From assembly GCA_963830915.1 (NCBI GenBank), contig CAWHOE010000064.1, positions 128,001-192,000 on the forward strand: DNA of 64,000 bases. Reading direction: 5' to 3'. The position numbers and the translations under genes are program-made. This DNA comes from a candidate division FCPU426 bacterium (GTDB lineage Bacteria; Oederibacteriota; Muellerivitia; Muellerivitales; Muellerivitaceae). The notes under the pieces were generated by a model that was given only the letters and a program-made list of their open reading frames with translations, had not been told where the DNA came from and searched no databases. Positions 1 through 10,084 of the stretch are shown one piece after another (positions within the stretch are counted from its first letter, which is position 1; each line of letters opens with the position of its first letter).

Positions 1-1
1 T

Positions 2-211
2 AACTTCGAGTATGAGCCGAATGACGAGGTGTTCAATATCTTGACCCGCAAGGTGGGCAGCGTCCTGAATGTCAAAGAGATCGGTTCCCACATTTCCTCG
101 CAGAAAAGGTACGTTCGGGTCTTCATCGGTTCCGATTTCCCCGACGAGATCTGGGCCACTGACGAGATCGCTCTTTGGGTGCGCCCCAAGAAAATGATGC
201 AGAACCGCTGA
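2..211 (+). CDS. Hypothetical protein, 3' end only (runs off window)
   Basis: Open frame from the window edge to TGA at 211, directly upstream of the next gene. Confidence 0.5.
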   Translation, partial: NFEYEPNDEVFNILTRKVGSVLNVKEIGSHISSQKRYVRVFIGSDFPDEIWATDEIALWVRPKKMMQNR

Positions 212-215
212 CCGG

Positions 216-902
216 ATGGGTAAAAGCTACTTCACCCCAGCCGTCTTCAAGTTCCTGAAAGAACTGAAGAAGAACAATAACCGCCCCTGGTTCCAAGCCA
301 ACAAGGAACGCTACGAGAAGATCGTCCGCAACCCGTTGCTCGATTTCATCGGGGACCTGGGTCCGCACCTTCGCAAGATCAGTCCCCATATCGTCGTGGA
401 CAACAGCCCTTCAGGCGGGTCCATGTTCCGCATCTACCGGGACACCCGTTTCGCCAAGGACAAGACCCCCTATAAGACCCACGTCGCGGCGCAATTCCGC
501 ACCAACCGCAGCAAGGATGTCCACTCCCCGGGCTACTACCTGCATCTGGCGCCCGGCGAGGTTTACGCCGGAGGCGGCATCTGGCACCCTGAGGCCCCCG
601 TCCTGGCCCAGATCCGCGACCACCTGGCCAGCCACCCGGCCGCCTGGAAAGCCATCCTGAAGGACAAGACCTTCAACCGGCTTTGTTCCCTGGAAGGGGA
701 AAAGCTACAGCGCCCTCCCAAGGGTTATCCTCCCGACCACGAGCTGATCGAATACTTGAAGTACAAGGATTTCATCTTCTTCACCCAGTTCGGCGAAAGG
801 GACGCCTGCGCCCCGGACTTCATGGAAAGGTACGTGGCCTGCTGCGCAGCCGCCGCTCCCGTGATGAAATTCCTGGCCGACGCCTTGAACCAACCCTGGT
901 AA
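216..902 (+). CDS. DUF2461 (TIGR02453) family protein
   Basis: FLKELKKNNNRPWFQANK, FRIYRDTRFAKDKTPYK and GYYLHL motifs. Confidence 0.9.
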   Translation: MGKSYFTPAVFKFLKELKKNNNRPWFQANKERYEKIVRNPLLDFIGDLGPHLRKISPHIVVDNSPSGGSMFRIYRDTRFAKDKTPYKTHVAAQFRTNRSKDVHSPGYYLHLAPGEVYAGGGIWHPEAPVLAQIRDHLASHPAAWKAILKDKTFNRLCSLEGEKLQRPPKGYPPDHELIEYLKYKDFIFFTQFGERDACAPDFMERYVACCAAAAPVMKFLADALNQPW

Positions 903-972
903 CCCTCCGGTCCTGACCCTCTCCTTGTCCCATTTCGAAAGCTGTCTTTAAAACAATCTTCTGGAGCCATTC

Positions 973-1984
973 GTGAGCAAGCCTAAAAGAAATTTACCCG
1001 AACCCTTCCTCAACAAGCTCCGCCAGGTCCTGCCGACGAACTATTGGGACAAGGCGCTCAAGACCTTCTCCCAGGAAAAACCGACGACCTTCCGGGTCAA
1101 CACGTTGAAGCTCTCCCCCTCTCAAGTACGACAGGAGTTGGAACCCCTGGGTCTCAAGATCGAGAGCGTGCCCTGGTACCGGGACGCCTTCATCCTGCGC
1201 AAAGGCCGCCAGAGGGACCTGGAGGACGCCGATTGTTACGGCAAGGGGGGTATCTATATACAGGGTCTTTCCAGCATGATCCCTCCCCTTGTCCTCCAAC
1301 CCCAGCCGGGGGAAGAGGTCCTGGACCTGACCGCCGCGCCCGGCAGCAAGACCACCCAATCGGGCCGTCCTGATGAGGAACGAGGGATTCATCACCGCCA
1401 ATGACGAGAACTCCGTAAGGCTGGAAAAACTGAAGGCTAACGCCGAAAAACAGGGCGTCAAGAACCTCGAACTCCTGCCCGCGGGCGACGGGGGAATGGT
1501 CTGGAAGGAACATTACGAAAGGTTCGACCGGGTGTTATTGGACGCGCCCTGCAGTTCGGAAGGTCGGTTCCTCCTGGACACCCCATCCACCTTCGGTTAT
1601 TGGAAAGAGGACACCAACCGTAAAATGGCGAAGGAACAGCGGCGGCTTTTCAAGTCCGCCTACCTTTCCCTGAAACCCGGCGGAACCATGGTCTATTCCA
1701 CTTGTACTTTCGCACCCGAGGAGAACGAGGGGGTCCTTCAATGGGCTGTGGAGACCTATCCTGATACCTTGGAATTGGAGGACATATCCGTTACCCTTCC
1801 TTACCACAGCCGGGGATTGACTTCCTGGGGGGGCGTGAAATTCCATCCCTCGGTGGCCAAGTCGGTCCGGATCCTGCCCGGACCCGACATCGAGGGTTTT
1901 TTTGTGGCTCGTTTGCGCAAGACCAAAAGCCAGCCCAAGCCGGTGAATGAATTCGAAATGAATGAGAAAACCAAAGGAGATTGA
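973..1984 (+). pseudogene. RsmF/RsmB-NOP2 family RNA m5C methyltransferase, split by a frameshift near 1360
   Basis: ORF 973-1404 has FRVNTLK and VLDLTAAPGSKTTQ; ORF 1373-1984 continues with FDRVLLDAPCS, YSTCT and EENE. One extra base after ...KTTQ. May be a sequencing error. Confidence 0.85.
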
Positions 1985-2448
1985 CCATGGGGACAAGACG
2001 CGAACTAAGGTTCAAGACATTGGCCGATGCCAGGGCCGAGCTGGACCGCCTGGAGAAGGGTCCGGTCGCCACGACCGGCAATTGGTCCTATTACCAAATC
2101 CTCACCCACCTGGAAAAGGGGTCCAAATCCAGCATGACCGCATTCCCGACCTTAAAGGGCTGGTGGCTGCGCCGGTTGATCGGACCCATCGGTTTAAAAA
2201 AAGTATTCAAACAAGGTTTCATCCCGCCGGGGGTTGGGGCGAAAAAAGGCGCGAAGGTCGAGCGGGTTGAGGGGGACGAGAAAACCGCTTTGGCGTCGTT
2301 GCGCAAGACCTTGGACGCCTTCGAGAAACATGAGGGACCCTGGGCCGAGCATCCCTTCTTCGGAAAGATGGACAAGCAGAAGTGGACCACCTTGACCACC
2401 CTGCATCTGGCCAATCATCTGGGCTGGGCCAAGCTCAGGGACGAATAG
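1981..2448 (+). CDS. DUF1569 / DinB-like protein
   Basis: GNWSYYQILTHL and HPFFGKMDKQKW...HLANHL motifs. Confidence 0.8.
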   Translation: MTMGTRRELRFKTLADARAELDRLEKGPVATTGNWSYYQILTHLEKGSKSSMTAFPTLKGWWLRRLIGPIGLKKVFKQGFIPPGVGAKKGAKVERVEGDEKTALASLRKTLDAFEKHEGPWAEHPFFGKMDKQKWTTLTTLHLANHLGWAKLRDE

Positions 2449-3411
2449 CCTTTTCCCCATCTGGTTTCCGGAACATCTGCCATAGCTCCCTGCGCCCGAA
2501 GATGCCTTTGGGCCTGAGCAGCATCATGAGGATCAACAGGAGCGAGTAGATCACCATGCGCAGGTCCACGCCCGTCCATTGCTGAAGGGGCCGCAAAGCC
2601 TCCGGCAGGAAGGTCAGGATGAAGGCCGCCAGGATGGACCCGGACACAGACCCCATCCCTCCCAGCACCACCATGATGACGATCTCCACCGATTTCATGA
2701 AATCGAACGAGCTGGGGTTGATGAAGGAAAGGTAATGGGCGAATAACCCGCCGGCCACACCCGCCACCGCCGAGGACACCACAAAGGCCTGCACCTTGTA
2801 ATGGGTCGTATTGACCCCCATAGCCTCCGCCGCGATCTCATTCTCCCGGATAGCCAAAAGTGCCCGCCGTGGGTGGAAAGGATGAACCGGTGGGTCGCAA
2901 GGACGCAGGCCGCCAGGACAAAGGCCACCAGAAAGGCTGTGGTGGTATTGGGGATGCCGATGAAACCCCTCGCTCCCCCGACCGCCTGGATGTTCAGGAT
3001 GACCACCCGGATGATCTCCCCAAAACCCAGGGTCACGATGGCCAGATAATCTCCCTTCAGGCGCAAGGACGGCAATCCCACCAAATAGCCCACCAAACCG
3101 CTGGCGAAAGCGGCCGCCAACAGGGAGATGATCAGAGCGGCCTGATCGCCCAGGAAAGTCCCATGCATGGGCCCCATAAGGAAAACATCCACTGAGGCGG
3201 AAGTATAGGCCCCGACCGCCATGAACCCCGCGTGGCCCAGGGAAAATTGGCCTGAGAGTCCGTTCACCAGGTTCAGGGAAACGGCTAGGATGGCGTTGAT
3301 GAGGGCGAAAATGAAAAGCTCCGTGAAGTAGGGTGGAAGAAGAATGGCGGCCAATTGCGCTAAACCCGCCACTCCCAGTAGGATCAATGAACCGTTCAGG
3401 TTCGACTTCAT
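2435..3411 (-). pseudogene. livM: Branched-chain amino acid ABC permease LivM, frameshifted near 2866
   Basis: GQFSLGHAGFMAVGAY and LRLKGDYLAIVTLGFGEI in one frame, AIRENEIAAEAMG and VVLGGMGS in the next; one base missing in the expected HGRALLAIRE stretch. Confidence 0.85.
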
Positions 3412-3460
3412 GCTGTTTCCCCCTAATTTTTCAATACCACAAAAACATAAACAAAAAATT

Positions 3461-3524
3461 ACCACAGAGGCACAGAGAAGCGGCTAAATCTGATTTAATA
3501 AATTTTAAGCTGTGCCTCTGTGGT
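3461..3524. repeat. Small intergenic inverted-repeat element
   Basis: ACCACAGAGGCACAG ... CTGTGCCTCTGTGGT perfect 15-bp inverted repeat around an AT-rich spacer. Confidence 0.75.
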
Positions 3525-3549
3525 GAAATCTTTCTTTGTTGTCACCTAT

Positions 3550-3855
3550 TCAAACAACCCGGTTATAACCGCCCAAAATGGTCGAATTGAGAACGGACGG
3601 TTTAAAGAACTTGTCCCGGACCTGTTTGTAGTCGGGGTCGGCGAAGAAAGCGTCATGGGCTTCCTTATCCTTGAAGGACAGGAAGAAAACCCGGTTGATC
3701 GGAGCGGGGGTCTCGGACTTCAGGACTTCGCAGACCTTGAAGTCATACCGGAAAGTCCCGCCGTGCTTGACCAGGATCGGCGTCATGGCCTCCCGGTACT
3801 GCTGGTACAAGGCCTCATTGCCGATCTCCAACCCGACGCATCTTTCGAATGACAT
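3550..3855 (-). CDS. DUF1330 family protein
   Basis: YQQYREAMTPILVKHGG ... AFFADPDYKQVR pattern. Confidence 0.8.
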   Translation of the reverse strand: MSFERCVGLEIGNEALYQQYREAMTPILVKHGGTFRYDFKVCEVLKSETPAPINRVFFLSFKDKEAHDAFFADPDYKQVRDKFFKPSVLNSTILGGYNRVV

Positions 3856-3868
3856 GGTATTTCCTCTG

Positions 3869-4771
3869 TTAGACTTTTTCCGGCTGGTATTTGCCGAAGA
3901 TGCCGGCCGGTTTGAACACCAAAATGAGGATGAGGATGGCGAAAGCCAGGGCGTCCCGGTATGTGGAGCCCCCGTAACCCGCCACCATGGATTCAGCGAT
4001 GCCCATCACGAACCCTCCCACGACCGCGCCCCGGATGCTCCCGATGCCTCCCAGGACCGCCGCCACGAACGCCTTGATGCCGATCATGACCCCCATCAAG
4101 GGGTCCACCCGGGGATAGGAAATACCCACCAGGATGCCCGCCGCGGCCGCCAGGGCCGAACCGATGACGAAGGTGATGGAAACGATTCGCCCGGTCGGGA
4201 TGCCCACCAGCGAGGCGATCTCGTGGGAGTGGGAGACGGCCCTCATGGCCCGGCCCAGCTTGGTCTTCAGCACGATCCATTCCAGGGCGATCATCAAGCA
4301 TAGGGCTGTCACGAAAACGGTCACCTGCTGGTTGGTGACGGCCACCTGCCCCGATTGGAAAAGGACCTGCTGGGGCATGATCTCGGGGAAGACCCGGGGC
4401 GTGGCCCCGAAGACCACCTGACCCAGGTTTTCCAAAAGGAGGGAAACACCCACCGCTGTGATGAGCAGATTCAGCCGGGGAACGTGCATCAGGGGACGAT
4501 AGGCAAGCCTTTCGATCAGGTAGCCCAGGAGCCCGGCGACCGCCATGGCGGCGAACATCACGACGAGAAAATGGCCGAAGGTGGGGTTCTGCCCGGCACC
4601 AATGGCCGTGGCCGTGAACAACCCGGCGTAGGCGCCCACCATGACGATGTCCCCATGGGCGAAATTGATGAGCTTCAGGATGCCGTACACCATGGTATAG
4701 CCCAGGGCGATGAGGGCGTAGATGGATCCTAGGGCCGCGCCATTGAGCAATAGTTGAAAGAAGCCTTCCAT
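3869..4771 (-). CDS. livH: Branched-chain amino acid ABC permease LivH
   Basis: GSIYALIALGYTMVYGILKLINFAHGD and KAFVAAVLGGIGS. Confidence 0.95.
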   Translation of the reverse strand: MEGFFQLLLNGAALGSIYALIALGYTMVYGILKLINFAHGDIVMVGAYAGLFTATAIGAGQNPTFGHFLVVMFAAMAVAGLLGYLIERLAYRPLMHVPRLNLLITAVGVSLLLENLGQVVFGATPRVFPEIMPQQVLFQSGQVAVTNQQVTVFVTALCLMIALEWIVLKTKLGRAMRAVSHSHEIASLVGIPTGRIVSITFVIGSALAAAAGILVGISYPRVDPLMGVMIGIKAFVAAVLGGIGSIRGAVVGGFVMGIAESMVAGYGGSTYRDALAFAILILILVFKPAGIFGKYQPEKV

Positions 4772-4865
4772 GTTTTTCCTTCTGGGTGGAACGTCGTGTT
4801 GAAATTTTACAGTCGAACCAATCTACACTAAATAGAAAAACAATGGATTTTCAACGGGTCGGCCC

Positions 4866-6089
4866 TTGACAACGTCCGTTCTAGATCGAATAGTGGAAGA
4901 AAGACCTGCCGGAGGTATTTTTTTGGCGTCCAAACGAACCGTACTGATCGTCAATCTGGTCCTGAGCCTGTTCTTCCTGATGAACGCCACGGCCATCACG
5001 ACCGGCCTGACCCTCTATCCCAGCCTTTGGCGCTATGTCTTGCTCGCCGCCGTCCTGGGCAACCTGCTTTGGCTTCTCGTGCCGCTCATCTTCAAGCGTC
5101 ATTCCTCCTCCTTCTTCCGGGTGAGCCGGGCGATCTTGGCGCCCTTCTGGGTGCTTTGGAACTTCTTCATCTTCCTCTATACCATCCTGATCCTGTCGCT
5201 TGGCGCCCTTTGGCTGGTCACCTTCAAGTGGGGAGGAACCCCCTTCCCTCTCTTCGTGCGTTATCCCTCGGACGTCTTCTTTGGGATCATCACCTTCATT
5301 TGTTTGGTGGGCCTCATCCAATGCCTGTTCTTCGTGAAGCTGGAACGGGTTCCTGTCCGTATCCCCAACCTCCCCGTTGAGTTCGTGGGTTTCAAGATCG
5401 CCATGGTGTCCGACCTGCACGTGGGCCACTTCACCCGATTGTCCCGCCTGCGCCAATTCAGCCGGGTGGCGCGGGAAGCCCAGCCCGACCTTTTCTTCGT
5501 TTGCGGGGACATCACCGACGACGACCCCCATTACCTGCGCAAGTTCCTCCTGGGGCTGGACCCTCTGGACCCGTCCCTGCCTCTTGTGGGCGTGTTGGGC
5601 AACCACGATGTCTACGCCGACCCGGAAAAGACCCTGAGGATGCTGAAACATTCCCATGTGAGGATGCTGGTGAACGAGGGGTTCGAGATCAAGCGGGGCA
5701 AGGCTTCCCTTTGGATCGCTGGCGTGGGCGACCAAGGGGCCCGGCGGTTCGGCAAGTGGGGTTCGGTGGCTCCTGATTTCGACAAGGCCCTGGCGGGCAA
5801 ACCCCAGAACGCCGTGACCATCCTGATGGCCCACCAACCCCAGGGTTTCCTGGAGTCGGCCAAGCGGGGCGTGGAGTTGACCTTGAGCGGCCATACTCAC
5901 GGCGGTCAGTTCGGCTTCAAGTCCCTCAAATGGTCCTTGGCCAAACTTTTCTTGAGATTCCACATGGGTCTTTTTCAACAAGGGAAAAGCCAGCTCTATG
6001 TAACGCCCGGCACGGGCTATTGGGGCTTGCCGGTGAGGTTCGGCCTCTCGCCCGAGGTGACCTTGATCGAGCTTCGTCCCTCGGCTTAA
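4866..6089 (+). CDS. Membrane-anchored metallophosphoesterase (YkuE-like)
   Basis: N-terminal TM helices; SDLH, GD, GNHD, AHQP and SGHTHGGQ motifs; start uncertain. Confidence 0.9.
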   Translation: MTTSVLDRIVEERPAGGIFLASKRTVLIVNLVLSLFFLMNATAITTGLTLYPSLWRYVLLAAVLGNLLWLLVPLIFKRHSSSFFRVSRAILAPFWVLWNFFIFLYTILILSLGALWLVTFKWGGTPFPLFVRYPSDVFFGIITFICLVGLIQCLFFVKLERVPVRIPNLPVEFVGFKIAMVSDLHVGHFTRLSRLRQFSRVAREAQPDLFFVCGDITDDDPHYLRKFLLGLDPLDPSLPLVGVLGNHDVYADPEKTLRMLKHSHVRMLVNEGFEIKRGKASLWIAGVGDQGARRFGKWGSVAPDFDKALAGKPQNAVTILMAHQPQGFLESAKRGVELTLSGHTHGGQFGFKSLKWSLAKLFLRFHMGLFQQGKSQLYVTPGTGYWGLPVRFGLSPEVTLIELRPSA

Positions 6090-6092
6090 GGA

Positions 6093-7220
6093 TCAGGGAT
6101 TCACGGTCGTGACGTAGGAAGCCTTGCCGTCCTGGATCTTCAAGACCACCGCCGCCTTCACCGCGTTGCGGTCGGCGTTAAGGCTGATTCGGCCCGTCAC
6201 GCCGGGATAATCCTTTGTACTCGCGATAGCGTCTCGGATATCGGCGGAAGACAGGCTCTTGGCCTGTTTCAAGGCCGCCACCAGCACTCCCGTCGCGTCA
6301 TAAGCCAGCGTGGCCAAGGCGTCCGGCACGTGCTTGTAGCGGTCCTGGTACTTCTTGATGAAGGCCTGCACCTTGGGGTCCACCGAATCGGTCGTGAAAT
6401 GGTCCGAGCGGTAGCACCCGTCCAAGGCCTTCCCGCCGATCTCATAAAGTTTGGGGGAATCCCACCCGTCGCCGCCCATCAAGGGTACCTTGATCCCCAG
6501 TTCCCGGGCCTGCTTGGCCATCAGCCCCACCTCGGTGTAATAGCCCGGCACGAAGATGACGTCCGGGGCCTTCTCCCGGATGGTGGTCAATTGGGACTTG
6601 AAGTCGATGTCCCCCTGCACGTAGCTCTGGTCGGTCACGATGGTCCCGCCCTTTTCCTGGAACCGTTTGATGAAGTAATCGGCCAGGCCCATGCTGTAGT
6701 CGCTCTTCTGGTCGCGGAATACCGCCGCCGTCTTGGCCTTCAGGTTGGTGAGCGCGAAGTCGGCCATGACCTGGCCCTGGAAGGGATCGATGAAGCAGAC
6801 CCGGAAGATGTAATCCCCCACCTGGGTGACCTTGGGGTTGGTGGAAGAGGGGGAGATCATGGGGATCTGCCGGGATTGACAAATGGGCGCCGCCGCCAAA
6901 GAAAGGGAGCTGGCCACCTCGCCGATGACCACCTGGACCTGGTCCTGGGTGATGAGCTTGGTCACTCCGACCGCCGCGACCTCGGGCTTGCCCTGATCAT
7001 CCACGCTGGTCACGACCAATTTCTTGCCGTTCACCCCTCCCGCCGCGTTGGCCTCATCCAGCGCCAGTCGCATACCCTCATCGTTGGAGATGCCGAAGGT
7101 GGCCTGGGAGCCGGTCAGGGAAGCGAATTCCCCGATGCGTATCTCATTGGGGTTGATCTTGGGACCGCAGGAAAGACTGAGGATGGCGATGGTGGAAAGG
7201 ACGAAAAGGGTTCGGCGCAT
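6093..7220 (-). CDS. Branched-chain amino acid ABC substrate-binding lipoprotein (LivJ/LivK family)
   Basis: Lipobox LSC, GGVNGKKL, YIFRVCFIDPFQG, GGDGWDS; GGAG RBS before ATG 7220. Confidence 0.92.
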   Translation of the reverse strand: MRRTLFVLSTIAILSLSCGPKINPNEIRIGEFASLTGSQATFGISNDEGMRLALDEANAAGGVNGKKLVVTSVDDQGKPEVAAVGVTKLITQDQVQVVIGEVASSLSLAAAPICQSRQIPMISPSSTNPKVTQVGDYIFRVCFIDPFQGQVMADFALTNLKAKTAAVFRDQKSDYSMGLADYFIKRFQEKGGTIVTDQSYVQGDIDFKSQLTTIREKAPDVIFVPGYYTEVGLMAKQARELGIKVPLMGGDGWDSPKLYEIGGKALDGCYRSDHFTTDSVDPKVQAFIKKYQDRYKHVPDALATLAYDATGVLVAALKQAKSLSSADIRDAIASTKDYPGVTGRISLNADRNAVKAAVVLKIQDGKASYVTTVNP

Positions 7221-7314
7221 GGAGGACTCCTTCGAGATATTTAAGTCGGCGCTAGGATAGGTAAGAACAGGAAGAGCGTCAAGACGAGGAATGGTCGGCG
7301 GAACCGTCAAAAAA

Positions 7315-9534
7315 CTAGAACTTTTTCCCGTAAAGCCTCAGGGCGTTCAGGACCACCGCGATGGAGGAGAAGGACATGGACAGAGCGGCTACCGAGGGCG
7401 GGACCTGGGCCAGGACCGCCAAGGGAATGGCCAGCAGGTTATAGCCGAAGGCCCAATAGAGGTTCTGGCGGATGACCTGGAAGGTTCCCCGCGAGATGCG
7501 CAGAGCCTCGATGACCTTGCTCAGGTCCCCTTGCATCAGCACCATGTCGCCCGCTTCCTTGGTCACGTCCGCTCCGCCGCCCATGGCGATACCCAGGTTG
7601 GCGGTCGACAAGGCCGCCGCGTCGTTGAACCCGTCCCCCACCATGACGACCTTCTTGCCGTGCATCTGCAGGGCCTTGATGTAATCCACCTTCTCCAAGG
7701 GGTTCATGCTGGCCTTCACGATATCCACGCCGACCCGATGACCCAGCCTCTGGGCCACCACTTCCCCGTCGCCCGTGAGCAAATGCACCTGGATGCCCAT
7801 CTTCTTCAGGTCCAGGATGACATCCTTGGAATTGGCCCGGGGCGGGTCTTCCATCACCAGGATGGCCGCGATCTTTCCTTCCAGGGCCATGAGCGAGACG
7901 GTCTGTCCCCCCTGACGGTAGGCTTCCACGTTGGCCCTGACCTGGGCCGAGGACACGATCGATTCCATTGATTCGATGAAGGCCTTGGTGCCGATGGCCA
8001 CCTCATGGCCCTCCACCATGCCGGTCAGTCCCGCGCCAGGAACTTCCACGACCCTTTCCGCTTTAGGGATGATGAGGTCCAACACCATGGCTTCCCTCAG
8101 GACCGCCGAGGCCAGGGGATGATTGGTCCTTAATTCCAGCGAGGCCGCGTAGCGCAATATCTTTTCCTCGTCCAAACCGTCCATCACCAGGATATCCACC
8201 AGCCGGGGTCGGCCCTCGGTCAGGGTGCCTGTCTTATCGAAAACGATCGTGTCGATCTTGCTGGAACTCTCCAATACCCCCGCCCTGCGGATGAGGATGC
8301 TGCGTTTGGCCGCCACGCCGATCCCCACCATCAGGGCGATGGGTGTGGCCAATCCCAGGGCGCAGGGACAGGCGATGACCAAGACCGCGATGGCGTGGGA
8401 AAGCCCGATGTTGAAAGCCTTGTCCCCGATATCCATCCAACCCAGAACGGTCAGGATGGCGACGACGAGCACGAAAGGCACGAAGAGGGCCGCGGCGATG
8501 TCTGCGTTGCGCTGGATAGGGGCTTTGGAACCTTGGGCTTCCTCGACCAAGCGGATGACGCCCGCCAGGGCCGTTCCCTCGCCCACGGCCAGGGCGGCAA
8601 TGGTGAAACTGTTGTGCTGGTTGACGGTCCCGGCGAATACCTTGTGGCCCACTTTCTTTTCCACCGGCATGGACTCCCCGGTCATGAGGGACTCGTCCAC
8701 CTTCCCCTTGCCCTCGATCACTTCCCCATCCACCGGGATGGTCTCCCCCGGGTTCACGCATAGGATGTCACCAGGCGCCACCATCTCCACCGGCATATCC
8801 TCCAGGCTGTTGGCCTTGACCACGTGGGCCATTCGGGGTTTCAGGTCCATCATCATTTCCATGGCCCGGTTGGCTCGGCGCTTGGTCAATATCTCCAGGT
8901 AACGTCCCAGGCTGACGAAGAAAATGATCAGACTGGCCGCGTCGAAATAAAGGGGGACTTGGACACCAAAAAGGGCAGGCACGGACGCGAAGAAAGCCGT
9001 GGAGGAACCCAGGGAGATGAGCGTATCCATCGTCACCTCGCCCCGTCTCAAGCCTTTCAAGGCCGCCTGGTGGAAAGGCCAACCCACCACCGCGTAGACC
9101 GGGAGGGACAGGAGGAACTGAGGCCAGAGGGCAAGGTGGAATTTCATGAAAGGCATCAGCAGATGTTGCAGAAGGAGGGGCGCCGCCAACAGCCCGCCCA
9201 AGACCAGCCGCCAGCGAAGGCGCATGGCCTCTTCCCGGTACATCTCGACGGCCCGCCGATCGGAGGTGTAAGGCGTCAGACCGTACCCCGCCTTTTCGAT
9301 CACGCCCTGGAGCGCGGGTATTTCGGGTTGGACCGGATCCATTTGAATGTAGGCTTTTTGGGAAGCGAAATTGACCGCCGCTTTTTTGACCCCGGGGATT
9401 TGCCTGAGTTTTCGTTCGATGCGGGTGGCGCAAGAAGCGCAGGTCATGCCGCTGACCGTCATGATGACTGAACGGTCGGTGTTTTCCGGCTTGATCTCAG
9501 GGCGAGGCAGGGTGGCTTCCATGGAGGTTCTCAT
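7315..9534 (-). CDS. copA: Copper-type P1B heavy-metal ATPase
   Basis: GMTCASC HMA domain, TGES, CPCALGLATP, DKTGTLT, GDGFND, YN in TM7. Confidence 0.93.
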   Translation of the reverse strand: MRTSMEATLPRPEIKPENTDRSVIMTVSGMTCASCATRIERKLRQIPGVKKAAVNFASQKAYIQMDPVQPEIPALQGVIEKAGYGLTPYTSDRRAVEMYREEAMRLRWRLVLGGLLAAPLLLQHLLMPFMKFHLALWPQFLLSLPVYAVVGWPFHQAALKGLRRGEVTMDTLISLGSSTAFFASVPALFGVQVPLYFDAASLIIFFVSLGRYLEILTKRRANRAMEMMMDLKPRMAHVVKANSLEDMPVEMVAPGDILCVNPGETIPVDGEVIEGKGKVDESLMTGESMPVEKKVGHKVFAGTVNQHNSFTIAALAVGEGTALAGVIRLVEEAQGSKAPIQRNADIAAALFVPFVLVVAILTVLGWMDIGDKAFNIGLSHAIAVLVIACPCALGLATPIALMVGIGVAAKRSILIRRAGVLESSSKIDTIVFDKTGTLTEGRPRLVDILVMDGLDEEKILRYAASLELRTNHPLASAVLREAMVLDLIIPKAERVVEVPGAGLTGMVEGHEVAIGTKAFIESMESIVSSAQVRANVEAYRQGGQTVSLMALEGKIAAILVMEDPPRANSKDVILDLKKMGIQVHLLTGDGEVVAQRLGHRVGVDIVKASMNPLEKVDYIKALQMHGKKVVMVGDGFNDAAALSTANLGIAMGGGADVTKEAGDMVLMQGDLSKVIEALRISRGTFQVIRQNLYWAFGYNLLAIPLAVLAQVPPSVAALSMSFSSIAVVLNALRLYGKKF

Positions 9535-9569
9535 TATAGTAGGTTCGGGGAAAGTAAACCCCGGGGTAT

Positions 9570-9776
9570 CTAGAGACTAGCTTTAAAACCTTCCTGTTCC
9601 ACCGCCTGGATGGCCGCCTTCGGGTCCAGGGTGTCCTCGTGGGTCACCACCGCCTTCTTCTCTTCCAGGCTAACCTCAGCCTGGACCACGCCCTTGACCG
9701 AAGTCAGGGCTTCCCGGACCGTCTTCAGGCAATGCTGGCAGGTCATCCCATCGATCTTGATCGTTGTTTGGGTCAT
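9570..9776 (-). CDS. copZ: Copper chaperone (HMA domain)
   Basis: 68 aa with GMTCQHC, directly upstream of copA. Confidence 0.9.
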   Translation of the reverse strand: MTQTTIKIDGMTCQHCLKTVREALTSVKGVVQAEVSLEEKKAVVTHEDTLDPKAAIQAVEQEGFKASL

Positions 9777-10084
9777 GGCGGAGTCCTCTTTGGCTAGGTC
9801 TTTACTTGCTTTGATTATGTTGTTTCTAAGATTTTTATTTCAAGCTTTCTATATATAAGGCCGAAAGGCGAATAAAACGAATTTTACTGCCTGTATTAAA
9901 ACGGGAAACTAAGGGGATTAATTCAATATTCACATATTTCGTTATTTTCCCAGGCATTGTTTAGGGTTGAATTGGGTCCCAGTGCCGAACCATAATGGGC
10001 ACTCGTTTTTTAGCGGTCACCACAACCCGGATCATTCAGACTCCAGCGAATCCAACGAACTCACTAATCATTACGGAGGAAATC

